A DNA stretch of 24,000 nt from Thermithiobacillus plumbiphilus (GCF_038070005.1 NZ_JBBPCO010000008.1:36777-60776); one strand, 5' to 3'. Numbered from the stretch's first letter, positions 1 through 7,687 are shown. Program-made: numbers and translations. The notes: generated by a model from the letters alone, not told the origin.

Positions 1-516
1 GAGCGCGGTACCGCGGCCGGGGATGTCCTCGATGGCGCCGCCGCCGTCTGTGCGCCGATGGAGCTTGCCGTGGCCGGCGAGGTGCTGGGCGTGGGTCTCA
101 ACCGCGTCTATACCTGGCATTTTTTGCGCAGCCTCAAACCCCGCGCTGTCGCCCGCCTGCAGCGTCATCCTGGCATCTATGATCTAGCCGCCCTGCGCCG
201 GGCCCGCAATCTGCGCGGCTTCGACGATGCCGTCACCGCGCCTTTGCACGGTTTTGCCGGCGTGGATGATTACTGGCAGCGGGCGTCGAGCAAGCCTCTG
301 CTCGGTAATATCACCCTGCCCACCCTGCTCCTGAACAGCCGGGATGATCCCTTCTATCCGGCCGCCGCCCTGCCGGATCCGGCCGCCCTGCCAAGCTGCG
401 TGCAGGCAGAGTACCCGGAATCCGGCGGGCATGTGGGCTTTGTCAGTGGTGCCTTTCCGGGCAATCTGGACTGGCTGCCAATGCGTCTGCTGGGGTTTTT
501 CGACGAGCAGCTCTAG
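1..516 (+). CDS. alpha/beta-fold hydrolase, YheT-like (C-terminal part; 5' end outside window)
   Basis: Frame 1 is open from base 1 to TAG 514-516. The translation (FDDAVTAPLHGFAGVDDYWQRASSKPLL, LLLNSRDDPF, GGHVGF) resembles the C-terminal half of YheT-type abhydrolases, including the Asp and His catalytic regions. Confidence 0.7.
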   Translation, partial: ERGTAAGDVLDGAAAVCAPMELAVAGEVLGVGLNRVYTWHFLRSLKPRAVARLQRHPGIYDLAALRRARNLRGFDDAVTAPLHGFAGVDDYWQRASSKPLLGNITLPTLLLNSRDDPFYPAAALPDPAALPSCVQAEYPESGGHVGFVSGAFPGNLDWLPMRLLGFFDEQL

Positions 517-583
517 CGCTTGCCACCGGCATTCAGCCTATCCGCCTTTCGTGTTATATTCCCGCTATTTACGCGCAGGCCCC

Positions 584-2095
584 ATGCTCAATACCCTTAT
601 CCGCCAGATCCTCACCAGCCGCGTCTATGACGTGGCGCGGGAAACGCCGCTTGAACCCGCCGCCAATCTCTCCCGCCGTCTCGGCAACCAGGTGCTCTTC
701 AAGCGCGAGGACCTGCAGCCGGTGTTCAGCTTCAAGCTGCGCGGTGCCTACAATCGCATCGCGCATCTGAGTGAGGCCGAGCGCGCCCGCGGCGTCATCG
801 CTGCGAGTGCCGGCAACCATGCCCAGGGCGTGGCCTTCTCCGCCCTGCGCCTTGGGCTGCGGGCCGTGATCGTGATGCCGCAGACCACCCCACAGATCAA
901 GGTGGATGCGGTGCGGGCTCTGGGTGCCGAGGTGGTGCTGGCGGGCGACAGCTATTCCGATGCCCAGGCGCATTGCGATCAGCTCGTGGCCGAAACCGGC
1001 ATGAGCTTCATCCATCCCTTTGACGATCCGCTGGTCATTGCTGGGCAGGGCACCATTGGTGACGAACTCCTGCGCCAGAGCAACGGCAAGCTCGATGCCG
1101 TGTTCGTGCCGGTCGGCGGGGGCGGGCTGATTGCCGGCATTGCGGGCTTTCTCAAGGTGCTCATGCCCGATGTGCGGGTGATCGGGGTCGAGCCCTTCGA
1201 GGCCGACGCCATGTACCAGTCCCTGCAGGCCGGGCAGCGGATCAGGCTCGATCAGGTGGGGATATTTGCCGATGGCGTGGCGGTGCGCGAGGTCGGCAAG
1301 CATACCTTCAAGATCGTGCGCGAGACCGTGGATGAGATCATCCGGGTCAGCAATGACGAGATCTGCGCCGCCATCAAGGACGTCTTTGACGACACCCGTG
1401 CCATCATGGAACCGGCCGGTGCGCTGGCGGTGGCCGGCCTGAAGGCCTATGCCGAGCGCCAGGGCGTCCAGGACCAGCGCCTGGTGGCCCTGCTCTCGGG
1501 CGCCAACATGAACTTCGACCGGCTGCGCTTCGTAGCGGAGCGGGCGGAACTCGGCGAGGCGCGCGAGGCCCTGCTCGCCGTCACCATCCCCGAGCGCCCC
1601 GGCGCCTTCCAGTCCTTCTGCGGCACCATCGGCAAGCGCGTCATCACCGAATTCAATTATCGCCTCAATGGCCGCGACAGCGCGCATATCTTTGTTGGCA
1701 TCAGCACCCGTTCGCGCGAGGACGCCCAGGGCCTGACCGAGTGCCTGAATGAAGCAGGTTATGCGACCACGGACCTGTCCGACAACGAAATGGCCAAGCT
1801 GCACGTCCGCCACATGGTCGGCGGGCACTCACCGGCGGTGCGCAATGAACTGATCTATCGCTTCGAATTTCCCGAGCGGCCCGGCGCACTGATGGAATTC
1901 CTGGAAAAGCTTGGCGGCCACTGGAACATCAGTCTGTTTCATTACCGCAATCACGGCGCGGACTTCGGCCGCATCCTCGCCGGCATCGAGGTGCCACCCG
2001 AGGACCTGCCGGCCTTCGAGCAGTTTCTGGCAAGGCTGGGCTATCCCCATGTGCGCGAGGATGACAATCCGGCCTATCGGTTTTTTCTGGGGTAA
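584..2095 (+). CDS. ilvA: biosynthetic threonine ammonia-lyase (threonine dehydratase)
   Basis: ATG 584 gives MLNTLIRQILTSRVYDVARETPLE. PLP-lysine motif FSFKLRGAYN, glycine loop PVGGGGLIAG, and two C-terminal ACT-like regulatory repeats. Length 503 aa is typical of IlvA. The 344-583 extension in the ORF track has no family similarity. Confidence 0.93.
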   Translation: MLNTLIRQILTSRVYDVARETPLEPAANLSRRLGNQVLFKREDLQPVFSFKLRGAYNRIAHLSEAERARGVIAASAGNHAQGVAFSALRLGLRAVIVMPQTTPQIKVDAVRALGAEVVLAGDSYSDAQAHCDQLVAETGMSFIHPFDDPLVIAGQGTIGDELLRQSNGKLDAVFVPVGGGGLIAGIAGFLKVLMPDVRVIGVEPFEADAMYQSLQAGQRIRLDQVGIFADGVAVREVGKHTFKIVRETVDEIIRVSNDEICAAIKDVFDDTRAIMEPAGALAVAGLKAYAERQGVQDQRLVALLSGANMNFDRLRFVAERAELGEAREALLAVTIPERPGAFQSFCGTIGKRVITEFNYRLNGRDSAHIFVGISTRSREDAQGLTECLNEAGYATTDLSDNEMAKLHVRHMVGGHSPAVRNELIYRFEFPERPGALMEFLEKLGGHWNISLFHYRNHGADFGRILAGIEVPPEDLPAFEQFLARLGYPHVREDDNPAYRFFLG

Positions 2096-2172
2096 GGTCA
2101 CTGCTGCCGCTCGTTTCGAAAGGAACTGAACAAGAACGGGAACTGGCCCTTTATTTTGCAGTGCGAATTATT

Positions 2173-2188
2173 GCTTCCTATAGGAAGC
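2173..2188. promoter_or_regulatory. perfect 16-bp palindrome GCTTCCTATAGGAAGC, candidate upstream activator sequence for the sigma-54 activator
   Basis: GCTTCCTA/TAGGAAGC is an exact inverted repeat centred about 145 bp upstream of the -24 element at 2325. This is the usual distance for EBP binding sites. Confidence 0.45.
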
Positions 2189-2324
2189 TACACATTCTCG
2201 CCAGCCTATGGCCCCGTGCCTTAGTTGTTCCAGCCTTTTGAGGTCGCATTCCCTGGGAAGCGCGCGATCTCATCCAACCCCCTTAAATAATCATATCCGA
2301 TTGTTTTTAAATGTAAAATTAAAA

Positions 2325-2338
2325 GGCACAGGTTTTGC
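2325..2338 (+). promoter_or_regulatory. sigma-54 (-24/-12) promoter
   Basis: aGGCACaggttTTGCt has the exact GG-N10-GC spacing and matches TGGCAC-N5-TTGCW at 10 of 11 consensus positions. It lies ~100 nt upstream of ATG 2442 in an AT-rich intergenic region. Confidence 0.7.
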
Positions 2339-2441
2339 TTCGAAGTTGTTGCGGACCTGTCGCCTGGTGACTATCAAATTGGGTCTTTTCTTAGCCGAGT
2401 GTCGGACATCCGCTTAACTCAATTTTAAATGGAGACGCAAG

Positions 2442-3098
2442 ATGACAACACTGAAGGACCAACTGAACGCGCGGACTGATTCCTACGACCATTGGGCCCT
2501 ACGGCGCCGCTATGGCCCCGAAGGCCACAATGACAGATCCCTCTGGGTGCTGGCCTGCATGGACGAGCGCCTGCCTGTGGACGAGGCTTTGGGGATTCGC
2601 GTGGACAGCCCAGCTGGTGGCGGCGACGCCCACTGCTTTCGCAATGCGGGCGGCATCGTCACCGACGACGCGATCCGCTCAGCCATGCTGACCTGCAACT
2701 TCTTCGGCACCAAGGAAATCGTCATCGTTCAGCATACCCAGTGCGGCATGCTGTCCGCCAATGCCAACGACCTAGAGCGGATGCTGAAGGAAAAGGGCGT
2801 AGACACGGAAAACCTGACTCTGGACCCGACTCTGCCCGAACTGAAGCTGGACAAGGGCGGGTTCGCCAAGTGGATCGGCATGATGGACGATGTGGATGTG
2901 ACATGCATGCGTACCATTGAGACGATCCGCAATCATCCCCTGATTCCCAAGCATGTCGTGGTCAGTGGCTGGATCTGGGAAGTGGAGAATCGTAGGCTGC
3001 GGGCGCCCACGTTGGATGCCAAAGTGCGAGGGCGTGTGCCTGATGTCCGTAGCACGGACTTCGGGGTGAGTCAGAATCAACCCCCACGGTGGGTCTGA
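2442..3098 (+). CDS. beta-carbonic-anhydrase-family enzyme, clade resembling CS2 hydrolase / COS hydrolase
   Basis: Zn-ligand and catalytic motifs CMDERL (Cys, Asp, Arg) and HTQCGM (His, Cys), plus RNAGGIVTDDAIRSA, NFFGTKEI and NHPLIP. GGAG RBS 8 nt upstream. The family call is solid; the substrate (CO2, COS or CS2) cannot be read from the sequence. Confidence 0.8.
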   Translation: MTTLKDQLNARTDSYDHWALRRRYGPEGHNDRSLWVLACMDERLPVDEALGIRVDSPAGGGDAHCFRNAGGIVTDDAIRSAMLTCNFFGTKEIVIVQHTQCGMLSANANDLERMLKEKGVDTENLTLDPTLPELKLDKGGFAKWIGMMDDVDVTCMRTIETIRNHPLIPKHVVVSGWIWEVENRRLRAPTLDAKVRGRVPDVRSTDFGVSQNQPPRWV

Positions 3099-3138
3099 TC
3101 GGCATTTAGGGCATGCTCGCAAGTTGTAAGAAGAAATA

Positions 3139-3165
3139 GAACGCACCGCCTAGAGCGGCGCGTTC
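3139..3165 (+). terminator. stem-loop downstream of the beta-CA-like gene (possible terminator/attenuator)
   Basis: GAACGCACCGC-ctaga-GCGGCGCGTTC forms an 11-bp stem with one mismatch. There is no clear U-tract, so read-through into fmdB is possible. Confidence 0.35.
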
Positions 3166-3193
3166 GGTCATAATTTAATCTGGGAATTCATTT

Positions 3194-3466
3194 ATGCCGA
3201 CCTATGATTATCGCTGTTGTGAGTGCGGGACACCGTTCGAAGCCAGCCACGCCATGAGCGAGCACGCGCCAGATTGTCCCAGCTGTGGTGGCGTGGCGGA
3301 GAAGGCCATTTTAGTAGCTCCGGCCATACATGGCCAAATGGCGCGGGGGCGTGAACTCGCAATGCGCTCGTTGCCGGCATTTAGGACGGAGGCCGGCCCA
3401 AATGGCCATAAGCCGGGCTGTAGTTGTTGCGCGCCCCGCGCGACGAGTACGGTCAAGACGAATTGA
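3194..3466 (+). CDS. FmdB-family zinc-ribbon putative regulatory protein
   Basis: N-terminus MPTYDYRCCECGTPFE...CPSCGG is the characteristic FmdB CxxC-N-CxxC zinc ribbon. The C-terminal tail carries an additional CSCC cluster. Confidence 0.8.
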   Translation: MPTYDYRCCECGTPFEASHAMSEHAPDCPSCGGVAEKAILVAPAIHGQMARGRELAMRSLPAFRTEAGPNGHKPGCSCCAPRATSTVKTN

Positions 3467-3601
3467 ATACGCCTATTGGGTTGTTTGTCCTGCACATCTA
3501 GCCTGCCGTGCTAGGATGAGAACATGGCTGTGGGCCCGCCGCGTACTTTGTGACATCGCAGCTCCGCAGTGCCTCCCTCATCTTTCTGAAGAGGATCGTC
3601 C

Positions 3602-5185
3602 ATGTCCCACGCATTGCTTTCCGAGCTGATCCCACTCTCGTTTTTGCAAATGTTCTTCACGCAGAGCGTCAAGCTTGCGGGACAACTGCCGCAAGAGGAC
3701 GCAGCCTGTCACAACCATATCCAGATTCTGGGGCTGACCGCCAGCAGCTGTCTGGAGGCCCATGTCCGCCAACAACTCGGCCTGTCTGGTGAAATCAGTG
3801 GCGATCAATACACTGCGTTGGTCATCAATATCAAGAACCAGATCGGCGGTGGCTTTGCGCCGGCTACGGGCGAGGCGGGAGCCATCCGCGTGATGAACAC
3901 CCGCTGCCCCTTCGGCGACCGGGTCAAGGAAGCGCCGGAGCTGTGCCGCATGACGTCGTCCGTGTTCGGTGGCATTGCCGCTCGTAATTTCGGTTACGCA
4001 AAGGTGGAGTTGCGTCGGCGCATTGCGAATAATGATGGTTGCTGCGAAGTGCTGATCCATTTTGACCGGGAGACGGCCCGGGACAAGTATGGCGACGAAT
4101 ACGTCAGCCAGGACGGTGCTATCGTGTCCCGCATGGCCTTGGAAGACGTGACCGTGCGGGTAGCGGAGAAAATGGCGCGGATCTGGTGTCCTGCGACCGG
4201 AAACGCGCCAGAAGGCTGCCGTGGCGGGCCGGAAATCGTGGCCGAATCCCTCGTTATGCGCGAAGCACTGGAAGCCGTCGAATTGGTGGCCCCAACCATG
4301 GCCAACGTCCTAATCAACGGCGAAACTGGCGTAGGCAAGGAAATCATCTCCCGCGCTATCCATGCGCTCAGCAAGCGTAGCGAGGGCAAGTTCGTTGCCG
4401 TCAACTGCGGGGCGATCCCGGATAACCTGATCGAGAGTGCCTTGTTCGGTCACGAGAAGGGGGCTTTCACTGGGGCGCATGAAATGCGCCAGGGCGTGTT
4501 CGAGCGGGCTGCGGGCGGTACGCTGTTTCTTGACGAGGTCGATAGCCTTCCGCTCTTGTCACAAGCTAATCTGTTGCGCGTGCTGCAGGAAGGCGAGTTC
4601 GAGCGAGTGGGCGGAAAACAAGTATTGCACGCAGACGTGCGCATCATTGCCGCCTCCAATACGCCAATGGACAAACTTCTAACTGGGGGAGGCTTCCGGC
4701 AGGACCTCTACTACCGGTTAAACGTCGTGCCCATCCATATTCCTCCCCTGCGGGAGCGAAGGGAGGATATTACCGCACTGATCAATCACTTGCTGTCGCG
4801 TCTAGCGGCGCGTTACCAGAGGCCCCGGAAAGTACTGGGCAGCCGGGCCTGGGGACAGGCTATGGCCTACGAGTGGCCTGGCAACGTGCGTGAACTGGAA
4901 AATGTGCTGGAGCGCACATTCCTTTTCGCCAGGGGACAGGTTATCGACGAGCTCGGCGTGCAACTCTCGGCCGAGACCGGCTTGTCGCAAATAGAGGATT
5001 TGCGCAGGCGTAGACAAGGCGCGGTTCGGGATGTCGAGACCAAGATTCTACGCGATGCCCTACAACGTCAAGCCGGCAACGTAAGCGCAGTAGCCCGTGA
5101 GATAGGCATCACGCCCCGGGCAATTCATCAGAAGTTGCGAAGTTACAATATCGACGCCGCGACTTATCGAAAACCAGGCAAATAA
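3602..5185 (+). CDS. sigma-54-dependent Fis-family transcriptional activator (bacterial enhancer-binding protein) with Cys-rich N-terminal sensor
   Basis: AAA+ core with Walker [24 protein letters not shown] (GAFTGA loop) and Walker B TLFLDEV. C-terminal Fis-type [22 protein letters not shown]. The ~215-aa N-terminal domain contains CPFG...LC...CCEV. GAGGA RBS. Confidence 0.9.
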   Translation: MSHALLSELIPLSFLQMFFTQSVKLAGQLPQEDAACHNHIQILGLTASSCLEAHVRQQLGLSGEISGDQYTALVINIKNQIGGGFAPATGEAGAIRVMNTRCPFGDRVKEAPELCRMTSSVFGGIAARNFGYAKVELRRRIANNDGCCEVLIHFDRETARDKYGDEYVSQDGAIVSRMALEDVTVRVAEKMARIWCPATGNAPEGCRGGPEIVAESLVMREALEAVELVAPTMANVLINGETGVGKEIISRAIHALSKRSEGKFVAVNCGAIPDNLIESALFGHEKGAFTGAHEMRQGVFERAAGGTLFLDEVDSLPLLSQANLLRVLQEGEFERVGGKQVLHADVRIIAASNTPMDKLLTGGGFRQDLYYRLNVVPIHIPPLRERREDITALINHLLSRLAARYQRPRKVLGSRAWGQAMAYEWPGNVRELENVLERTFLFARGQVIDELGVQLSAETGLSQIEDLRRRRQGAVRDVETKILRDALQRQAGNVSAVAREIGITPRAIHQKLRSYNIDAATYRKPGK

Positions 5186-5234
5186 GCTGGGCATGTGTGC
5201 CGGGCTGGCGCCGACATTATCCCGATTTGAGTAG

Positions 5235-5483
5235 CGCCTCAATGGCCGCGACAGCGCGCATATCTTTGTTGGCATCAGCACCCGCTCGCGCGAGGATGCC
5301 CAGGGCCGAGTGCCTGAATGCGGCCGGTTATGCGGCCACAGACCTGTCCGATAACGAAATGGCCAAGCTGCACGTCCGCCACATGGTCGGCGGGCACTCA
5401 CCGGCGGTGCGCAATGAACTGATCTATCGCTTCGAATTTCCCGAGCAGCCGGGGGAGCTGATGGAATTCCTGGAGAAACTCGA
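5235..5483 (+). pseudogene. duplicated, diverged and frameshifted fragment of the ilvA 3' region
   Basis: Aligns base-for-base with 1661-1913 of the intact ilvA: roughly 16 substitutions plus a 5-nt deletion (tgacc), including a ~90-bp identical stretch. It lacks the remaining 180 bp of ilvA. Confidence 0.85.
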
Positions 5484-5649
5484 GGTGTCGTCTTCCACCC
5501 TCAGCCGGGTTCTGAACGGATTCAGTCGTGTCACGCCTGAAATGCCGCCGCGGCTCGCCAAGGCGCTGGGCCGCTCGCCCGAGAGCTGGCTTGCCATGCA
5601 GGATGCCCATGATCTTTGGATGGCCCGACAACGGGTAAACTTGAACTAA
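5484..5649 (+). pseudogene. N-terminally truncated HigA-family (XRE HTH) antitoxin remnant, fused in frame to the ilvA fragment
   Basis: [42 protein letters not shown] matches helices 3-5 of HigA antidote proteins. The first ~25-30 residues of the family and any partner toxin are missing. Confidence 0.65.
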
Positions 5650-5745
5650 GGTCGCCAAGCTTCAGCTGGTGAGAGCCTGACATCGCATTCAAGGGGCGCG
5701 GCCAACGAGGCGCAGTCCTAAATCCATGCAGACTGTACTGTTTTC

Positions 5746-5776
5746 TTGACGGCACCTGTAGACAGGTGCTAAAAAT
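5746..5776 (+). promoter_or_regulatory. candidate promoter with embedded operator for the phd/parE pair
   Basis: TTGACG (5746-5751), then the perfect inverted repeat GCACCTGT-ag-ACAGGTGC (5752-5769), then TAAAAA/T. The palindrome fills the -35/-10 spacer, as expected for antitoxin autoregulation. Confidence 0.4.
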
Positions 5777-5803
5777 GGCCCTATTGGAAAAGAGGGCGTT
5801 GTC

Positions 5804-6073
5804 ATGCAAACGAAATTTTCAGAGGATGTCATTCCCCTGTCCGGTCTCAAGATCAACCCGGGCAAAGTCGTAAGCCAGGTGAACGATACACACAGGCCAG
5901 TCCTGCTGACCAGCAGAGGCAGAGGGGTTGCTGTCGTCCAGAGTCTCGACGATTACGAAAAGACTGCCGAAGAGCTGCGGTTCATCAAGGCTGTGGCCCA
6001 GGGACTGGCGGACATCCGGGAAGGAAACACCGCCACACTGGCCGAGGCGAAGAAAATACTTGGCGCAGAGTAA
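5804..6073 (+). CDS. Phd/YefM-family type II antitoxin
   Basis: PVLLTSRGRGVAVVQSLDDYEKTAEEL is the typical Phd/YefM core. The stop codon abuts the start of the downstream toxin gene. Confidence 0.85.
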   Translation: MQTKFSEDVIPLSGLKINPGKVVSQVNDTHRPVLLTSRGRGVAVVQSLDDYEKTAEELRFIKAVAQGLADIREGNTATLAEAKKILGAE

Positions 6074-6373
6074 GTGGAAATCATCATCGCTCGCTCTGCC
6101 CTGAGTGATCTCCAGGAGATTAAAGCGTACTACCTGGAGCAGGATGTCCCGGACATTGGCCAAAAGTTTGTAAATGCCATATTGGAAAATGTGCAACGGC
6201 TACGTGATCACCCTGATTCAGGTAGAAAGGTCCCCGAGTTTGATCAGGAGCGCATCCGGGAAATTATCCATCCGCCGTTTCGTGTGATTTACCTGCGGGA
6301 TGTGGCCTCTGTGAATCTGGTTCGGGTCTGGAGAAGCGAGCGGTTGCTATTGCTTCCCGATGAAGAAACATGA
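6074..6373 (+). CDS. RelE/ParE-family type II toxin
   Basis: GTG start directly after the antitoxin stop. 99 aa with the ParE-like pattern (LQEIKAYY...HPDSGRKVPE...REIIHPPFRVIYL...VNLVRVW). Confidence 0.8.
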   Translation: MEIIIARSALSDLQEIKAYYLEQDVPDIGQKFVNAILENVQRLRDHPDSGRKVPEFDQERIREIIHPPFRVIYLRDVASVNLVRVWRSERLLLLPDEET

Positions 6374-6416
6374 CAGCTCGCCCCAGCCGCTTAATCAGAC
6401 CTAAGGCGCTGCACCA

Positions 6417-6920
6417 ATGATCATCGCCGAGCGTGATGCTTCAGCATTCATCCGCGGGTACACCCTGATAATGGGTGAGATCTATGGTGCACCGCCCGCC
6501 AAGCACAAAATTCTGGAGGTGCTGACCGTTGCCCGGGAGAAATATATGGCTGACCGTTCGTTGCTTGACAGAGCGCTGAGCGGATTGACTGCAGAATCAG
6601 TGCCGGTGCCCGGCGAAGTCGTCTCCGCCATACGTGGCCTCGAAGTGGCGAAATGGATTTACCTCAAGGACACGCGGTCGCATTCCGTCTTCATCCATCC
6701 GTCGGGCCAGGTCGCCTATGGTGTGCTCGGCCTGACTGAGCGAGTCAGAAGTATCATTGGCGGTTCCGGCGCCATCATTGAGACTGGCGTCGTTCGCTAT
6801 CGCGGGCGATATGTGACGGACGGCGTTGTGTCACGAGTCGCATGGCTTGGCCCAAACTACAAGAGGGAATTTTCGGGTGTTCTGTCCCACCTTCGCAGTC
6901 AAGGGTTGTTCAATGTGTGA
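6417..6920 (+). CDS. hypothetical protein (167 aa, no recognisable domain)
   Basis: Longest ORF in this interval with protein-like composition. In-frame TAA at 6402-6404 fixes the maximal start. Only a weak RBS and no recognisable motif. Confidence 0.45.
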   Translation: MIIAERDASAFIRGYTLIMGEIYGAPPAKHKILEVLTVAREKYMADRSLLDRALSGLTAESVPVPGEVVSAIRGLEVAKWIYLKDTRSHSVFIHPSGQVAYGVLGLTERVRSIIGGSGAIIETGVVRYRGRYVTDGVVSRVAWLGPNYKREFSGVLSHLRSQGLFNV

Positions 6921-7027
6921 TATGCGCCCTGACTTCCCGGTCAATCGGGCTACCCGCGAGCCGCGATTGTGGAATCCTTCCGCCCTTCGGATTCCGGTGG
7001 CCGATCACTTTGAACGTCAGGTGTCAC

Positions 7028-7375
7028 ATGGCATTCACGGAGCTTGAACTTCAGCGGTGCAAGAAAGTGCTCGCACAATTCCTCGAACGTCGCCGCCCGC
7101 CAGCGCACATTCGCGACCGATTGGACATCGATTACCGTATCACTGGTCAGAGCGTCGAAATCTTCGAGATCCGACCCGATTGGCAGGACAAGTCGAGAAA
7201 GCGGGAAACGCTTGTTGCCAAGGCCACGTTCGTGCGCATACAGAATCGATGGAAAGTCTTCTGGATGCGCAAGGATCTCAAGTGGCATGGGTACGAGCCC
7301 AACCCTGAAATGCATTCGCTCGAAGCCTTTCTCGACGTGGTCGGTCGCGATGAATATTGTTGCTTCTTCGGCTGA
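7028..7375 (+). CDS. DUF3024-like protein
   Basis: From ATG 7028: MAFTELELQRCKKVLAQFLERRRPP...VEIFEIRP...NRWKVFWMRKDLKWHGYEP, which resembles the DUF3024 family pattern from memory. The upstream part of ORF 6842-7375 overlaps the preceding gene and looks non-coding. Confidence 0.65.
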   Translation: MAFTELELQRCKKVLAQFLERRRPPAHIRDRLDIDYRITGQSVEIFEIRPDWQDKSRKRETLVAKATFVRIQNRWKVFWMRKDLKWHGYEPNPEMHSLEAFLDVVGRDEYCCFFG

Positions 7376-7450
7376 GAAGGTCGCGTCTAAGCTCCATCTA
7401 AGAGACGGGCGCTTGCAGGGTAATTTGGCAGAATCCGGAGTGATTCAGTT

Positions 7451-7687
7451 ATGAAATATACCCAGTACTTTCAGGCCATGCGGCAAAGACCCGATCGGGC
7501 TAGTATCGATTTGCACTGGATCGAGCGGGTCGTGCATCAGCCGATACGGGAAGTGATTCAGCAGGATGGCCGCATTCGGCGCTGGGGAGCAGTGCCGGAA
7601 GCAGGGGGCAGGTATTAACGTGTTATTTTGCTGCCTGACGGCGAAACGGTTCATAATGCCTTTTTCGATCGAGGGTTCATGCCATGA
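7451..7687 (+). pseudogene. small toxin-like gene (family usually paired with DUF2283; DUF4258-like) interrupted by an in-frame TAA
   Basis: ATG 7451 reads MKYTQYFQAMRQRPDRASIDLHWIERVV...GGRY, then TAA at 7616-7618. The same frame continues RVILLPDGETVHNAFFDRGFMP and ends at TGA 7685-7687, which overlaps ATG 7684 of the next gene (ATGA). Confidence 0.6.

Noticed and set aside
344-583. N-terminal extension of the ilvA ORF back to ATG 344
   Set aside because: It overlaps the end of the hydrolase gene and reads as low-complexity Pro/Cys/Arg sequence. IlvA homology begins at MLNTLIRQIL (ATG 584).
569-1828. 419-aa minus-strand ORF antisense to ilvA (plus shorter ones at 979-1212, 1447-1656, 1829-2101)
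   Set aside because: It lies entirely inside the well-supported ilvA CDS. Its Ala/Gly/Arg-rich composition is typical of mirror frames in GC-rich DNA, with no family motifs.
2281-2324. IHF site between the palindrome and the sigma-54 promoter
   Set aside because: The best candidate (AATCATATCCGATTG) does not satisfy the WATCAA-N4-TTR spacing. Only general AT-richness can be claimed.
5197-5649. 150-aa ORF as a genuine novel fusion protein
   Set aside because: Its N-terminal 40 codons are an out-of-frame reading of ilvA sequence caused by the 5-nt deletion, and both fused parts are truncated domains. It is treated as a pseudogene chimera unless expression data say otherwise.
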